64,000 bases of DNA from an uncultured archaeon (GCA_964558645.1 CAZLEV010000004.1:171442-235441); one strand, 5' to 3'. Numbered from the stretch's first letter, positions 19,052 to 29,069 are shown. Notes: generated from the letters alone by a model not told the origin. Translations and numbers: made by a program.

Positions 19052-20389
19052 ATGTCTGACTCAGAGATGCGACCCGGCCTCACTGTCTTCTGGGATGTCG
19101 AGAACGTTCATGATATACTCGACACCCACGTGAGAATGACAGAAACTATCCGCAAATCAGGCAGGGTCATCAAGGCCTTTGCATTTGCCGATTGGGACAC
19201 CAGAAGGCGAATGGCAGAGAACCTCCATCAACTGGGCTATGACTTGATCCATATCCCAGATTCCAAAGACAATGCAGCAGATTACAAGATGGCATCATAT
19301 ATCATGGACCATGTTGTCCACTATCCCGAGACCCAGCAATACGTCATGATCACTGGAGATGGGGACTTCAACCTCATCGCCGGAGCCTTAAGAGAGCGAG
19401 GTCTCGGGCTATGGGTGATCAGTAATCCCATCATCACCTCATCTGCGCTATCGGAGCTAGCGACCAAATACGATGACATCTACTCCTTCAGACCGGTTCA
19501 CATGGATTGCTCAAGACCCGAGGACTGTGATGTGACCTCCGGAAAACTCTCCGACTATAGACGGAGAGCAGGTATGTATCTACGAGAAGCAATACAGAAG
19601 ATCACAGATGCTGGACATAAGCCGGGTCTCGGCCATGTGAAGCATGTTATGAACTCCCTCAACCCGCAGTTCGATGAGAAGGTACTGGGCTTCTCTACAT
19701 GGACTGAGTTCATTGAATGGGCAGAGTCAGAAAAATACGTTGAGAGAACAGGGGAGCCCCCCATTACTGTCTTGGCTATTCCTCCAGATGATATTCCTAG
19801 GATGTCTCAGTTGTCGCTCGAACTACAGAGCGCATTCGACTTGCTCGAAGCCGTCGTGGAGGCTAGGCTGGAAAGAGGAGAACCGACGTCTCTGGCAGAA
19901 GTCAACAATGACCTCAAGATGCAAGGATTTGAGCATGAGAGTGTAGGCTATATGCGCTTCAATGACCTGGTCTTGTCGGCAGAGAAGCGCGGGAAAATCA
20001 GAGTGGTCGCATCAGGTGAAGACACAGATGGTATCATGCTCTTTCCACAATGCACAATTGATAGAGTCAAGGAGTGGTTTGAAGAGCATGTCACAGATCT
20101 CTTTGGAAAATCTGTCAAGATTCCCAGGGCGGTCTTTCTGGAGAAGATATCCCAGATGCTACTCGAGAACCGTACAACTCTGAGGCATCTCGAGAAGTAT
20201 CTGAGAGATAACGATCTGAGGAGGACCTATCAGGACATTCTCGACGCCAGCGGGGTTCCGTTCCTGCCGCCATATCAGATGAGCATGGCATTTGTAATGC
20301 TGGGCAGAGGTAAGAGTGTCGAGGAAACTGTAGAGAGTGTCAGCGAGGAGCTTGAACCCCTGGGAATAACTCTGAAGATACCGGAGTAG
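19052..20389 (+). CDS. NYN (LabA/DUF88) ribonuclease with two OST-HTH/LOTUS domains, paralogue of 16470..17813
   Basis: VFWDVENV, AADYKM, ITGDGDF; PQFDEKVLGFSTWTEFI; FEHESVGYMRFNDLV; shared C-terminal ASGVPFLPPYQ. Confidence 0.85.
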   Translation: MSDSEMRPGLTVFWDVENVHDILDTHVRMTETIRKSGRVIKAFAFADWDTRRRMAENLHQLGYDLIHIPDSKDNAADYKMASYIMDHVVHYPETQQYVMITGDGDFNLIAGALRERGLGLWVISNPIITSSALSELATKYDDIYSFRPVHMDCSRPEDCDVTSGKLSDYRRRAGMYLREAIQKITDAGHKPGLGHVKHVMNSLNPQFDEKVLGFSTWTEFIEWAESEKYVERTGEPPITVLAIPPDDIPRMSQLSLELQSAFDLLEAVVEARLERGEPTSLAEVNNDLKMQGFEHESVGYMRFNDLVLSAEKRGKIRVVASGEDTDGIMLFPQCTIDRVKEWFEEHVTDLFGKSVKIPRAVFLEKISQMLLENRTTLRHLEKYLRDNDLRRTYQDILDASGVPFLPPYQMSMAFVMLGRGKSVEETVESVSEELEPLGITLKIPE

Positions 20390-20448
20390 GTATCCTGTAT
20401 AGAATCCATGTCATGGAAGGACATCAGCATGCTAGAAGGGACCCGTGA

Positions 20449-21423
20449 ATGACAAGCGATGCAAGGGATGAAACGAAGCAGGATGAAGAAGTAGAGAAGC
20501 GTAGGTATATCCCTCATCTTGCTGAGTTCTACTTCAAGCCCACTCATGATTGGAGCATCGCAGAGGCTAAGAGGCTATACCATTCAGCCGAGAATGACTG
20601 CGGCAACATGAGTCTGGACTCTGTTCATTTCAAAGACTGTATATCAGGGATGAAAGAGATGCCGAGGGAGTGTGTCGACCTAGTCATCGCGGATCCTCCG
20701 TTCGGGATAGATTTTGACGGCAAGAGTGGGGCATATAATCGAGATGAGAGTCTGGTTGTCAGTGGGTACGAGGAGATTGATGAGGATTACATTGCCTTCA
20801 GCGAGTCGTGGATTGGCGAGGCAGCTCGAATTCTAAACGATAGTGGGTCCATGTATATTTTCAGCGGCTGGAATAATCTCGAATATGTCTTGAGAGGCGC
20901 AAGATTGGCGGGGCTACATCTGCTCAACCATCTTATCTGGCAGTATCAGTTTGGTGTGTTCACCAAGAGGAGATTCGTTAGCAGTCACTACCACATTCTT
21001 CTCTTGGTCAAGAACAAGGACAACTACTTCTTCAACAAGCTGGAGAACTATCCCCAAGATGTCTGGAAAATAAAGCGGAGCTATCGTACCGGAAAGTCGA
21101 AGAATAGCACAAAACTGCCACTGAGAGTGGTCCAGAAGTGCATCGACTACTCTTCAGCTCCAGGGGAGATAGTACTGGACCCGTTCGTAGGCAATGGGAC
21201 CACGGCCGTCGCTGCCAAGGGAGCGCTACGACACTTCATTGGCTACGAGATAAACTCCCAACTGGAGAAAATCATTGCATCGAACCTGGCTGCCGTTGAG
21301 CCCGGTCAATTCTACATTTCGTACTCTGATAGACTTCCCTCCATTGAGGAGCTGGCCAAGAAGTATCCGAGAGCCTATCGCGAATATGTGAAGAGGGAAA
21401 ACCAAGAGAGCGGCGGAGAATAG
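20449..21423 (+). CDS. Site-specific DNA methyltransferase, N4/N6 beta class (orphan)
   Basis: Catalytic DPPF precedes SAM-binding VLDPFVGNGTTAVAA...FIGYEIN. Confidence 0.9.
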   Translation: MTSDARDETKQDEEVEKRRYIPHLAEFYFKPTHDWSIAEAKRLYHSAENDCGNMSLDSVHFKDCISGMKEMPRECVDLVIADPPFGIDFDGKSGAYNRDESLVVSGYEEIDEDYIAFSESWIGEAARILNDSGSMYIFSGWNNLEYVLRGARLAGLHLLNHLIWQYQFGVFTKRRFVSSHYHILLLVKNKDNYFFNKLENYPQDVWKIKRSYRTGKSKNSTKLPLRVVQKCIDYSSAPGEIVLDPFVGNGTTAVAAKGALRHFIGYEINSQLEKIIASNLAAVEPGQFYISYSDRLPSIEELAKKYPRAYREYVKRENQESGGE

Positions 21424-21432
21424 ACAGATTGA

Positions 21433-22890
21433 ATGAGAGGATTGGTTGCTGTGCCATATGACGAACTCTTCGAAAAGTACGGAGCAGACCGCGATCGGTT
21501 AGGCGATGTGGTTTCTCCAAGTGATGTCTTCACCCGCGAGTATGGCTCGGAGTTAACAGAATGGGAACGTGGCTTGCATCGTGATTTCAGAACACATGAA
21601 CATGGAAGAAGATACATCCACAGGGGTTTTGTGCACTATACGCGTTACATGGACCTCATTCTCTTGACTCCTAGCCCTTGGCTTGTAGAAGGCGTCTTCG
21701 TCTACCTAACCTCTGATCAAGAACCTCCAGATGAAGGAGCGTATGTCCAAGTAAGCGGAAAGAGTATAGCCTTGCCCCGACTCCTTCAGAAGGGCAATGA
21801 CATTGTTCAGGCGTTTACTGCAGAAGATATTCAAGAACTGAAAATTGACCTAATAGACCAGATTCGGCCGCCTCTATCTCTTAAGGACATCTCGGAGTTG
21901 TTGTTCGAACATGTGGGTATGGCTGAGGCAAGCAAACGAGTTTTTGCACGGTTGTTCGTATCCAGTCCACCGTTTCAGCAATCCGTCGGAGGGCTAACCA
22001 CAGGGATTCAAGCGATAGCATCCAAGACTCAGGTTCGTCGCCTCCTCTCTTTCACTCGGAGTGTCATACCTCCTACACTCAGAGGGACAAGAGGGAGGCA
22101 TCATAATGTAAGAGGATTCAGAATCTCAACTCCTAGGACTTGGAGATTGGATGCTGGAATGGTCAGCTCAACAAATCTCCGAACACTATGCATAGAGAGG
22201 CAAGACCCCCGGGGGTTCAGAGAGGTCTCCGTTGGGACACTGACCGAGAAGAGCACTGCAGTCTTGCCCGACGTTCCTCTTGCCTTGACATCAGAAGACT
22301 TCTGGGTCGAAACAAAGAGCTCAAAGCATCTTAGACTTCCCATACTGAAGTCTGTCATCACATTCCAGATGATGAACCCGAAGATATCCGTACGTTCGGT
22401 TGATGCAGCAACAAAACACGTTCTCGAACGGATGGAGAGGGTAAAGGAAAGTTTTGGGCTGGAGGAGAGTGCCTTGGCACGGGGTCACATTCTGGATGCT
22501 GATGCATTAGGAAGGCCCCTCAGCACGATTAGACTGGCCAGATCTACTGCACGAGCGTCATGGCAAGACAAAGTGAAGGCATCTGACCTTAAGCAGTCAT
22601 GGAACCAGATTCTCGAACCCGCACTGAAGGAATTCCTTGAACTGGTAGAACTAGAGTCAAGGGCTAAGGAAGACTGGGGAGAAGGGGCCCGTCTTGAGAA
22701 GTTCAACACCAAAGTTCATCGAGCAATACGACAGCTAGATAGCGGGAAGACGGGATCACTTGGGCCAAGTCTCGAAGAGATAGCTGAAGAGGCCGGAGTA
22801 GAAGTGCATGTTGCAGCCGAGAACCTAGAGAGAATGAAGAGAAACGGTGTCGTCTATGAGCCACGAACAGGGCACTACCGCCTGGTATAG
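21433..22890 (+). CDS. Degenerate MCM-like protein (OB fold, Walker-less AAA+ core, lid, C-terminal WH)
   Basis: EGAYVQVSGK (OB); RPLSTIRLARSTARASWQDKVKASD resembles the MCM sensor-2/lid RQLESLIRLAEAHAR; C-terminal LERMKRNGVVYEPRTGHYRLV resembles the archaeal MCM WH domain; no GxxGxGKS or DEFD. Confidence 0.6.
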   Translation: MRGLVAVPYDELFEKYGADRDRLGDVVSPSDVFTREYGSELTEWERGLHRDFRTHEHGRRYIHRGFVHYTRYMDLILLTPSPWLVEGVFVYLTSDQEPPDEGAYVQVSGKSIALPRLLQKGNDIVQAFTAEDIQELKIDLIDQIRPPLSLKDISELLFEHVGMAEASKRVFARLFVSSPPFQQSVGGLTTGIQAIASKTQVRRLLSFTRSVIPPTLRGTRGRHHNVRGFRISTPRTWRLDAGMVSSTNLRTLCIERQDPRGFREVSVGTLTEKSTAVLPDVPLALTSEDFWVETKSSKHLRLPILKSVITFQMMNPKISVRSVDAATKHVLERMERVKESFGLEESALARGHILDADALGRPLSTIRLARSTARASWQDKVKASDLKQSWNQILEPALKEFLELVELESRAKEDWGEGARLEKFNTKVHRAIRQLDSGKTGSLGPSLEEIAEEAGVEVHVAAENLERMKRNGVVYEPRTGHYRLV

Positions 22891-22911
22891 AGGACGGGAG
22901 AGGAGACCATC

Positions 22912-23718
22912 TTGCCAGAACTGCCTGAGCTCGAAGCCATTGCGATGAAACTGTGGGAAAGGTTCAACGGTAAGGAGGTCGAATCAGTTCGGGTGTATGA
23001 GGCTCTTGTCATTCATGCCATCACACCAGATGATTTCGTCGAAAGAATAACCAATTCGGTCTTGTCTTCCTGTGTCGCCGATGGCAAGTTCATAATCCTC
23101 AGTCTCACTGGAAACAAGAAGATTGTAGTCAATCCGATGCTGGCAGGAAGATTCAGAATCGTACAGAGAGGGCGAAGATCTCTGAAGAGAAACATCTTCG
23201 CTCTTGAATTCGGGAGCGAGAGTCTTCTGTACACTGATACTAAGAGAATGAGCAGAGTCTATCTGGTTCTTGACGACGATTTCACCGTTGTCAAGGGTTT
23301 CGCGGGACGGGGACCACAAGCGCTTGGACACGATCTTACGGAACATGCATTCCTAGACAGAATCAAGAGGTTCAGAGGACATATCAAGAATGTTCTGACG
23401 AACCAACGATTCATCACAGGCATTGGCAACGCATATGCAGACGAGGTCCTTCTCTACGCAGGAATCATGCCGTTCAGAAGAAGAGCAAGTCTGAGTACCA
23501 ACGAGATTGTCAGCCTTTACAGGGCGATGAGAGACGTCTTGTCGCGCTATCGGGACATGATGATGAAGAGGAATCTGTCGGAACTAGCCACGGAGAAACG
23601 AGACTTCCTGATGATTCATGGAAGAGGAGGGGAAAAGTGTCCGCTCTGTGGGGGGAGAATATCAGAAGTAACAGCCAATCGCTTCAAGACGAACTACTGT
23701 CAGACCTGCCAGAAATGA
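22912..23718 (+). CDS. mutM: Fpg/Nei family DNA glycosylase/AP lyase
   Basis: N-terminal PELPE, GK, H2TH motif GIGNAYADEVL, C-terminal zinc finger CPLCG...YCQTCQ. Confidence 0.9.
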   Translation: MPELPELEAIAMKLWERFNGKEVESVRVYEALVIHAITPDDFVERITNSVLSSCVADGKFIILSLTGNKKIVVNPMLAGRFRIVQRGRRSLKRNIFALEFGSESLLYTDTKRMSRVYLVLDDDFTVVKGFAGRGPQALGHDLTEHAFLDRIKRFRGHIKNVLTNQRFITGIGNAYADEVLLYAGIMPFRRRASLSTNEIVSLYRAMRDVLSRYRDMMMKRNLSELATEKRDFLMIHGRGGEKCPLCGGRISEVTANRFKTNYCQTCQK

Positions 23719-23774
23719 AGCACAAGACACTAATCTCTGACCATTCATAGTAAGCATGAAGACCTCAGTACAGG

Positions 23775-24962
23775 GTGATGAGTGTGGATGATTGGGAATT
23801 AGAATTCTTGAGAGATCTTGTAGAACTGGACACAAACAGCGAGCAGAAGAAGAACTACACCGAGTGTGCTGCTGTTGTGGTGGAGAGATGCAAAGAGGCG
23901 GGCCTTGCGGTTGAAGTCTTCGACTCGAAGCATGAGGGGGTGGCTCAGCCAAATGTGGTTGCCGAACTGAATGCTGACAGCGACCGAACAGTCCTCCTTG
24001 CGACCCACTATGATGTTGTCCCAGCAGGAGATGAAGACAAGTGGACCCGACCACCGTTCGAGCTGGTGGTTGAGAAAGACCGAGTATATGGGAGAGGTAC
24101 AACCGACAACAAAGGGAACATTGTGGCATCCGTCAGCGCTGCAAGGGCTCTATTGGAGCAAGGCTCAGCAAACGTCAACTGGAAAATACTCATCTCGCCT
24201 AATGAAGAGATTGGAGGAGAATGGGGGATCGACTATCTGATAAACGGACCCCCTAAAATACGAGGAGACTTCGGCATCGTAGTAGATTCTAGCCCTAACT
24301 ACATCAGTATGGGTGCAAGCGGCATCGTGGCGGGTACTGTGACCATAACGGGTACGCAGGGTCATGCAGGTATGCCCTTTGCCTTCACAAACGCGATACA
24401 CATCAGCATCCCGGTCATGAATGCGCTACTCCGCTTCGCAGACCTCAGAAGGAAAGTGACCTCTCAATATCCAGCTCCTCCTGAGAGCCCGTTTCAGAAT
24501 CTCTGGGGGCGGTTCTCTATGACCGTGTACAAAGCCGGCACTAAGACTAACGTAATCCCAGGCAAGGCCGAGATCTCGTTTGACTGCAGGATAATTCCTG
24601 AAGAGAATCCGGATGAAGTTGCCAATCAGATATCCAAGTTCTTGGAGAAGACACGGGAAGAAACCGGGATTCAGGTAGACGTGTCTTTCATCACAAAGGC
24701 AGACAGCTGGGTCTCGGACACAGATAACCCCTATGCACAGGCATTTCACGAATCGGTCAACTCAACCGTGGGCACATTCGTACCTATGGCTGTTGACCTG
24801 GGTGGCAATGATGGGTCCTTTTTTGTGAATGCAGGAATCCCTGCAGTATGCTATGGTACGATTGCTAAGGACAACAACTTCCACGGCATCGACGAGTTCA
24901 TGAGGCTGGATGATTTCGACAAGGTGAAAAGAGCCCTGATTCACTTTGCAGAGTCGTGTTAG
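23775..24962 (+). CDS. M20 family metallopeptidase/deacylase (ArgE/DapE-like)
   Basis: HYDVVP, GRGTTDNKG, NEEIGG, GHAG, NVIPG, FHGIDE. Confidence 0.9.
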   Translation: MMSVDDWELEFLRDLVELDTNSEQKKNYTECAAVVVERCKEAGLAVEVFDSKHEGVAQPNVVAELNADSDRTVLLATHYDVVPAGDEDKWTRPPFELVVEKDRVYGRGTTDNKGNIVASVSAARALLEQGSANVNWKILISPNEEIGGEWGIDYLINGPPKIRGDFGIVVDSSPNYISMGASGIVAGTVTITGTQGHAGMPFAFTNAIHISIPVMNALLRFADLRRKVTSQYPAPPESPFQNLWGRFSMTVYKAGTKTNVIPGKAEISFDCRIIPEENPDEVANQISKFLEKTREETGIQVDVSFITKADSWVSDTDNPYAQAFHESVNSTVGTFVPMAVDLGGNDGSFFVNAGIPAVCYGTIAKDNNFHGIDEFMRLDDFDKVKRALIHFAESC

Positions 24963-24965
24963 TCC

Positions 24966-26090
24966 ATGGTCGATGTTCATGATCTTCAGATAGGTGCTCC
25001 GGGTCCCTTCTTGCCCCCTTGGGACCGTGTCAAGAAGAATGCAGAATTGATTGATTCATTGGGATATGACAGCATGGCATTTCCCGACCATTTTGCAGGC
25101 TTCGTTCCTGAGAGTATATGGACACCAGATATTACACCGCTTGCCCTCATACAACAGTCTCCTCATACATTCTTTGAGCTCAGTTCCATCATGGCAGCCT
25201 CAGCTGTGGTCACTAAGCACGTTGATATCATATCAGCTGTAACAGAGCCAATCCGAAGGCACCCAGTTCTTCTCGCCCAGACGTTCATGACACTTGATCA
25301 CATCAGTGAGGGAAGAGCCATCCTTGGAATCGGAGCAGGTGAGGCTGAAAACATAGAACCCTATGGCCTCAGCTACTCAGGACAAGTCGGCAAACTACGG
25401 GAGGCATTGGAGATCATCACGAGAATATGGCAAACACACGAGCCATTCAACTACGAGGGGCGATTCTGGAAACTGAAAGATGGCGTGATGTCTCTGAGAC
25501 CAAGCAGGTCTGACAGGCCGCCCAGAATATGGATTGCTGCTCATGGACCAAAAATGCTGAACATCACAGCGGAGTTCGGTGATGGCTGGATTCCAACACT
25601 CTTAGACCCGACCGATTACGGTCATCGCCTGGATCAGATAATGAAAGCCAGAAAACGATTGAAGAAGGAGAATGAGTTCACCGCCGCTCTCTGGCAATGG
25701 TTCATTCTTGATGACGAGCCGGAGGAATGCAGGAGGATGATGCAGACTCCACTAGCAAAGGCCTTTGCCCTTCTCTATCCCGCAGAACTATGGACGAAAC
25801 TCGGATATGAACACCCTCTCGGCAGTGACTTCTACTCTCTGCGAGACTACATACCTATGCGGTATGGGAGAGAAACCATGCTGGAGGCCATCGATAGAGT
25901 GCCACAGGAGATCTTGGAGAGTTTCTACATTACAGGAGATGCCGACTCAGTACTGGATATACTGGAAGAGTACATGAAACACGGATTGGAGCACATCATC
26001 ATGTGGAATGTGACAGGAATGTTCGATCTTGAGAGAACGCGATCATCCTATCGAGTCATGAAGGAGATACTAGAATATGTCAAGGGGTAG
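24966..26090 (+). CDS. LLM-class (probably F420-dependent) oxidoreductase
   Basis: GYDSMAFPDH, RRHPVLLAQTFMTLDHISEGRAILGIGAGE, IWIAAHGPKML...GDGW. Confidence 0.9.
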   Translation: MVDVHDLQIGAPGPFLPPWDRVKKNAELIDSLGYDSMAFPDHFAGFVPESIWTPDITPLALIQQSPHTFFELSSIMAASAVVTKHVDIISAVTEPIRRHPVLLAQTFMTLDHISEGRAILGIGAGEAENIEPYGLSYSGQVGKLREALEIITRIWQTHEPFNYEGRFWKLKDGVMSLRPSRSDRPPRIWIAAHGPKMLNITAEFGDGWIPTLLDPTDYGHRLDQIMKARKRLKKENEFTAALWQWFILDDEPEECRRMMQTPLAKAFALLYPAELWTKLGYEHPLGSDFYSLRDYIPMRYGRETMLEAIDRVPQEILESFYITGDADSVLDILEEYMKHGLEHIIMWNVTGMFDLERTRSSYRVMKEILEYVKG

Positions 26091-26649
26091 ACTGACCCTG
26101 ATCACCACCAACGAGCATAAACTAGCTGAGCTACGCCCGCTCTTTGCAGAATATGGGGTTGACTTCGAAACCATGAATGTTGAGAAGATCGAGATAAGGG
26201 ACGATTCGGTGGAGATCGTGGCAAGGGAGGCTGCAAGACACGCGTTCGAGACTGTTCAGAAACCAGTAGTTGTCGATGATACAGGCCTCTACATCGACAC
26301 TCTAGCAGGTTTTCCAAGGGCGTATCCAGCTTTCGTACTCGAAACTATAGGCAGACAGGGAATACTCAAACTCCTTGAAGGGAAGACAGACCGCAGTGCG
26401 CGCTTTGTAACCAGTGTGGGGTATTCTGATGGACAGAACTTGTACACTTTCACAGGAGAGATGCGAGGGAAGATATCACTGGAAGAGCGTGGATCAGAGG
26501 GGTTTGGTTATGACCCCATCTTCATTCCTGAAGGCTTCGACCAAACCTACGCCGAACTCTCCTTTCAGGAAAAGACAGCCATCTCGCATAGAACTCGAGC
26601 TTTCAGTTCATTTCTCAAATGGTATCGAAACGAGTTCAACAAGTCTTAA
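26077..26649 (+). CDS. rdgB: Non-canonical purine NTP pyrophosphatase (RdgB/HAM1)
   Basis: TTNEHKLAE, VDDTGL, GFGYDPIF, SHRTRA. Confidence 0.95.
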   Translation: MSRGRLTLITTNEHKLAELRPLFAEYGVDFETMNVEKIEIRDDSVEIVAREAARHAFETVQKPVVVDDTGLYIDTLAGFPRAYPAFVLETIGRQGILKLLEGKTDRSARFVTSVGYSDGQNLYTFTGEMRGKISLEERGSEGFGYDPIFIPEGFDQTYAELSFQEKTAISHRTRAFSSFLKWYRNEFNKS

Positions 26650-26688
26650 GACCGTCCTGAGGCCTGTTTGATGCTGCTGGTGTGATTC

Positions 26689-27444
26689 ATGAAGATAAGC
26701 GAGAACGCCCTGAAGGCCCTGAGAGAACTAGGCCTCACAGAGTACGAAACTTCAGCGTATCTGGCTCTTGTTGATGGCGGCAAGATGGCGGCCTCGGATA
26801 TCAGCTCAGAATCAGGTGTGCCCTATAGCAGAATCTACGACGTTCTGGGTAGGCTCGAAGAGAAAGGTTTCATCCAGATTCAGAGGGGAAGACCAACCCT
26901 GTACATCGCCAAGGCACCTACGGAGGTTGTTCGTCTTGTGAGGCTTAACCTAGAAGAGAAACTTGACCGCTCTAGCAAGCTGGTTGTCGACGAACTACAG
27001 CCGCTGTATGAAGAAGACCAACAAGTAACGAGCAGGGATGTCTTTGTGATACATGGCCGCTCAGCCATTCTTGCCAAGGCAATAGAGATGGTCAATACCG
27101 CTCGCGAACAGATCAAGCTCTCAGTTCCCAGTCTTGACTTGGAAACCGAAGACATTGATGCAATAATTGATCGAGTTCTTGATGTGAGAACCAAGAATGT
27201 CAGTGTTCTAACGTCTGATGTGCCCGAGTCTATGAGGAATATGATTCCTAACGGGTTCCACATCCGCACTCGGGAGAGGGTATTTGGCGCAGGTCTGGTT
27301 GTTGATGAGCGGCAGACTCTTATCATGCTAGCTGGTGGAGAGAAGCAGCAGTACCTTGGAGTCTATTCTAATCACGCTGTTTTTGCAGCGATGGCATCTG
27401 CATACTTTGATTCCCTCTGGCAAGAATCCAAGCCGTTAAGCTAG
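26689..27444 (+). CDS. TrmB family transcriptional regulator
   Basis: LGLTEYETSAYLAL...SGVPYSRIYDVLGRLEEKGF...GRPTLY; PLD-like C-terminal effector domain. Confidence 0.9.
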   Translation: MKISENALKALRELGLTEYETSAYLALVDGGKMAASDISSESGVPYSRIYDVLGRLEEKGFIQIQRGRPTLYIAKAPTEVVRLVRLNLEEKLDRSSKLVVDELQPLYEEDQQVTSRDVFVIHGRSAILAKAIEMVNTAREQIKLSVPSLDLETEDIDAIIDRVLDVRTKNVSVLTSDVPESMRNMIPNGFHIRTRERVFGAGLVVDERQTLIMLAGGEKQQYLGVYSNHAVFAAMASAYFDSLWQESKPLS

Positions 27445-27583
27445 GAGGAGGTTAAATGGGGGGCACAGGACAAAAGAGATGGTAGTCTCTGCCAACAAGA
27501 CCGTCTAGGGGAGATAGAAGAAACCTACGAAGGAAGTAGGCACTCCAGACACCTCAATAGCATCTCCTGAGGAGACAACAATC

Positions 27584-28936
27584 ATGCCTGAATTCAAGAT
27601 ATCAGCGTCTGCTGACGCGCTGCTTCGCGTACTTCAAATGATAGAGAAGGGGTCATCTATCGACCTATTCAGTGACGGACCAGATGTCGAACAAGTCAGA
27701 AGAATGGTAGAAACTTATCGAGGTGGGCTTCACGATGATCTTGTGGAGCGTTTGGAGAGAGTAGCCGACTTAGGGGGACCTTCACTGGCAACACAGCGAG
27801 ACCTCTTTTCGCTCGTTACTCAACTCTGGGAGGAGAATATCTCCAGACTCAACAAGACCGAGTTGCTTGTGCTGCAGAGAGCTGTTGAGGCTCCTGGTGA
27901 GAGTATTAGTAGACTCTCTAAGCAGGTCAGAATAAGCTACTCTCGTGCGAGAAGAGGGTACCGCAAGCTAGAGCAGGCGGGAGTCTTGCATGTTGAGGGG
28001 ATGCTCAATTCTCAGTCAATCGGGCTTGAACGGATCATGGTCATTCTTGAAAATCCGAGCTTGGTTCTGGCAGGCCCCTACATTGAGAAGAGTCTCTATG
28101 TTGATGGTGCGATTCCACGATGTCACCTGGTTTTGACATGCCCCCGCGACAGAACGCGGGACTTGCTAGTATTGTTCAGGTCATTGAGGGCTACCTCGGA
28201 CAATATCTCAGCATTCCGAATCTCTGTGGGTAAGCCAAGGTTTTCGTTCCTCTATTTTGACTATGCAAGCTCTTCTTGGTTCCCTGACCTGCTCCATCAG
28301 CGATTACTCGTGCGGCAAGGGGGAGAGCCCATAACTCTCGCAGAGTCATCTAACAAGATAGAACAATATCCCGACCTCAAGAGCAATGACTTGAAGGTCA
28401 TTGACGTACTTCGAAAGAACTATCACAGCCCTATCGAGGATATCGTAAGAAAAGCAGCAATCTCTGAGAGCACCGCCTTCAAGAAGAGAAAGGCAATACA
28501 GCAAGCAGAAGCACCAGTTCTGTTGCCGCGAACACGTGTAAACATTCCCATGCTAGGCGAGAGGATAATGGTCATAGCCTCTCCCGAAACAGCAGGAGAT
28601 ATACTTCCTGCCTGGAGGGAGTTACCGCAGACCTACGTGTCACGCATAGCGAACCTGGAAGATGAGAGAGACAATAGGATCATGCTTCTTGCGGCGCTCC
28701 CTGCTGGAAGCGGAAGGAAGATTCTACAGATCTTGGAAGAGGAGATAAGCCGTGTCAACAACTATTCTGCACACACTATCTCTGCAGGGACAGAAACAAG
28801 AATGTCGATGTCCACGATGTTCGATAATAAGAGTTCGTCTTGGAAGTGGGATCACGGTGCCTTCTTCGAACCGGTCGCTTACGGTGTTGCCAGACGCGAT
28901 GCGGGTAGCGAGAACATTCCCGTTGACCTAGCATGA
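27584..28936 (+). CDS. Multi-HTH (duplicated Lrp/AsnC-like) putative regulator
   Basis: Two HTH segments (ISRLSKQVRISYSRARRGYRKLEQAGV; IEDIVRKAAISESTAFKKRK), each followed by an alpha/beta region. Confidence 0.55.
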   Translation: MPEFKISASADALLRVLQMIEKGSSIDLFSDGPDVEQVRRMVETYRGGLHDDLVERLERVADLGGPSLATQRDLFSLVTQLWEENISRLNKTELLVLQRAVEAPGESISRLSKQVRISYSRARRGYRKLEQAGVLHVEGMLNSQSIGLERIMVILENPSLVLAGPYIEKSLYVDGAIPRCHLVLTCPRDRTRDLLVLFRSLRATSDNISAFRISVGKPRFSFLYFDYASSSWFPDLLHQRLLVRQGGEPITLAESSNKIEQYPDLKSNDLKVIDVLRKNYHSPIEDIVRKAAISESTAFKKRKAIQQAEAPVLLPRTRVNIPMLGERIMVIASPETAGDILPAWRELPQTYVSRIANLEDERDNRIMLLAALPAGSGRKILQILEEEISRVNNYSAHTISAGTETRMSMSTMFDNKSSSWKWDHGAFFEPVAYGVARRDAGSENIPVDLA

Positions 28937-29069
28937 TACTCACATGATCAGTCCAAGTTTCACTACTGTTTCGGCTTGTGCCTGCAGTTTTCTGTGGCCT
29001 GTGGACCGTTGTGTATCTTCACAAGTATTATGTGGCTCTATCCTAGGATTTCTTCTTGTGGATTCATCT

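Noticed and set aside
20449-22890. Classical type II restriction-modification pair
   Set aside because: The gene after the MTase shows no PD-(D/E)xK, HNH or GIY-YIG motif and instead follows MCM architecture
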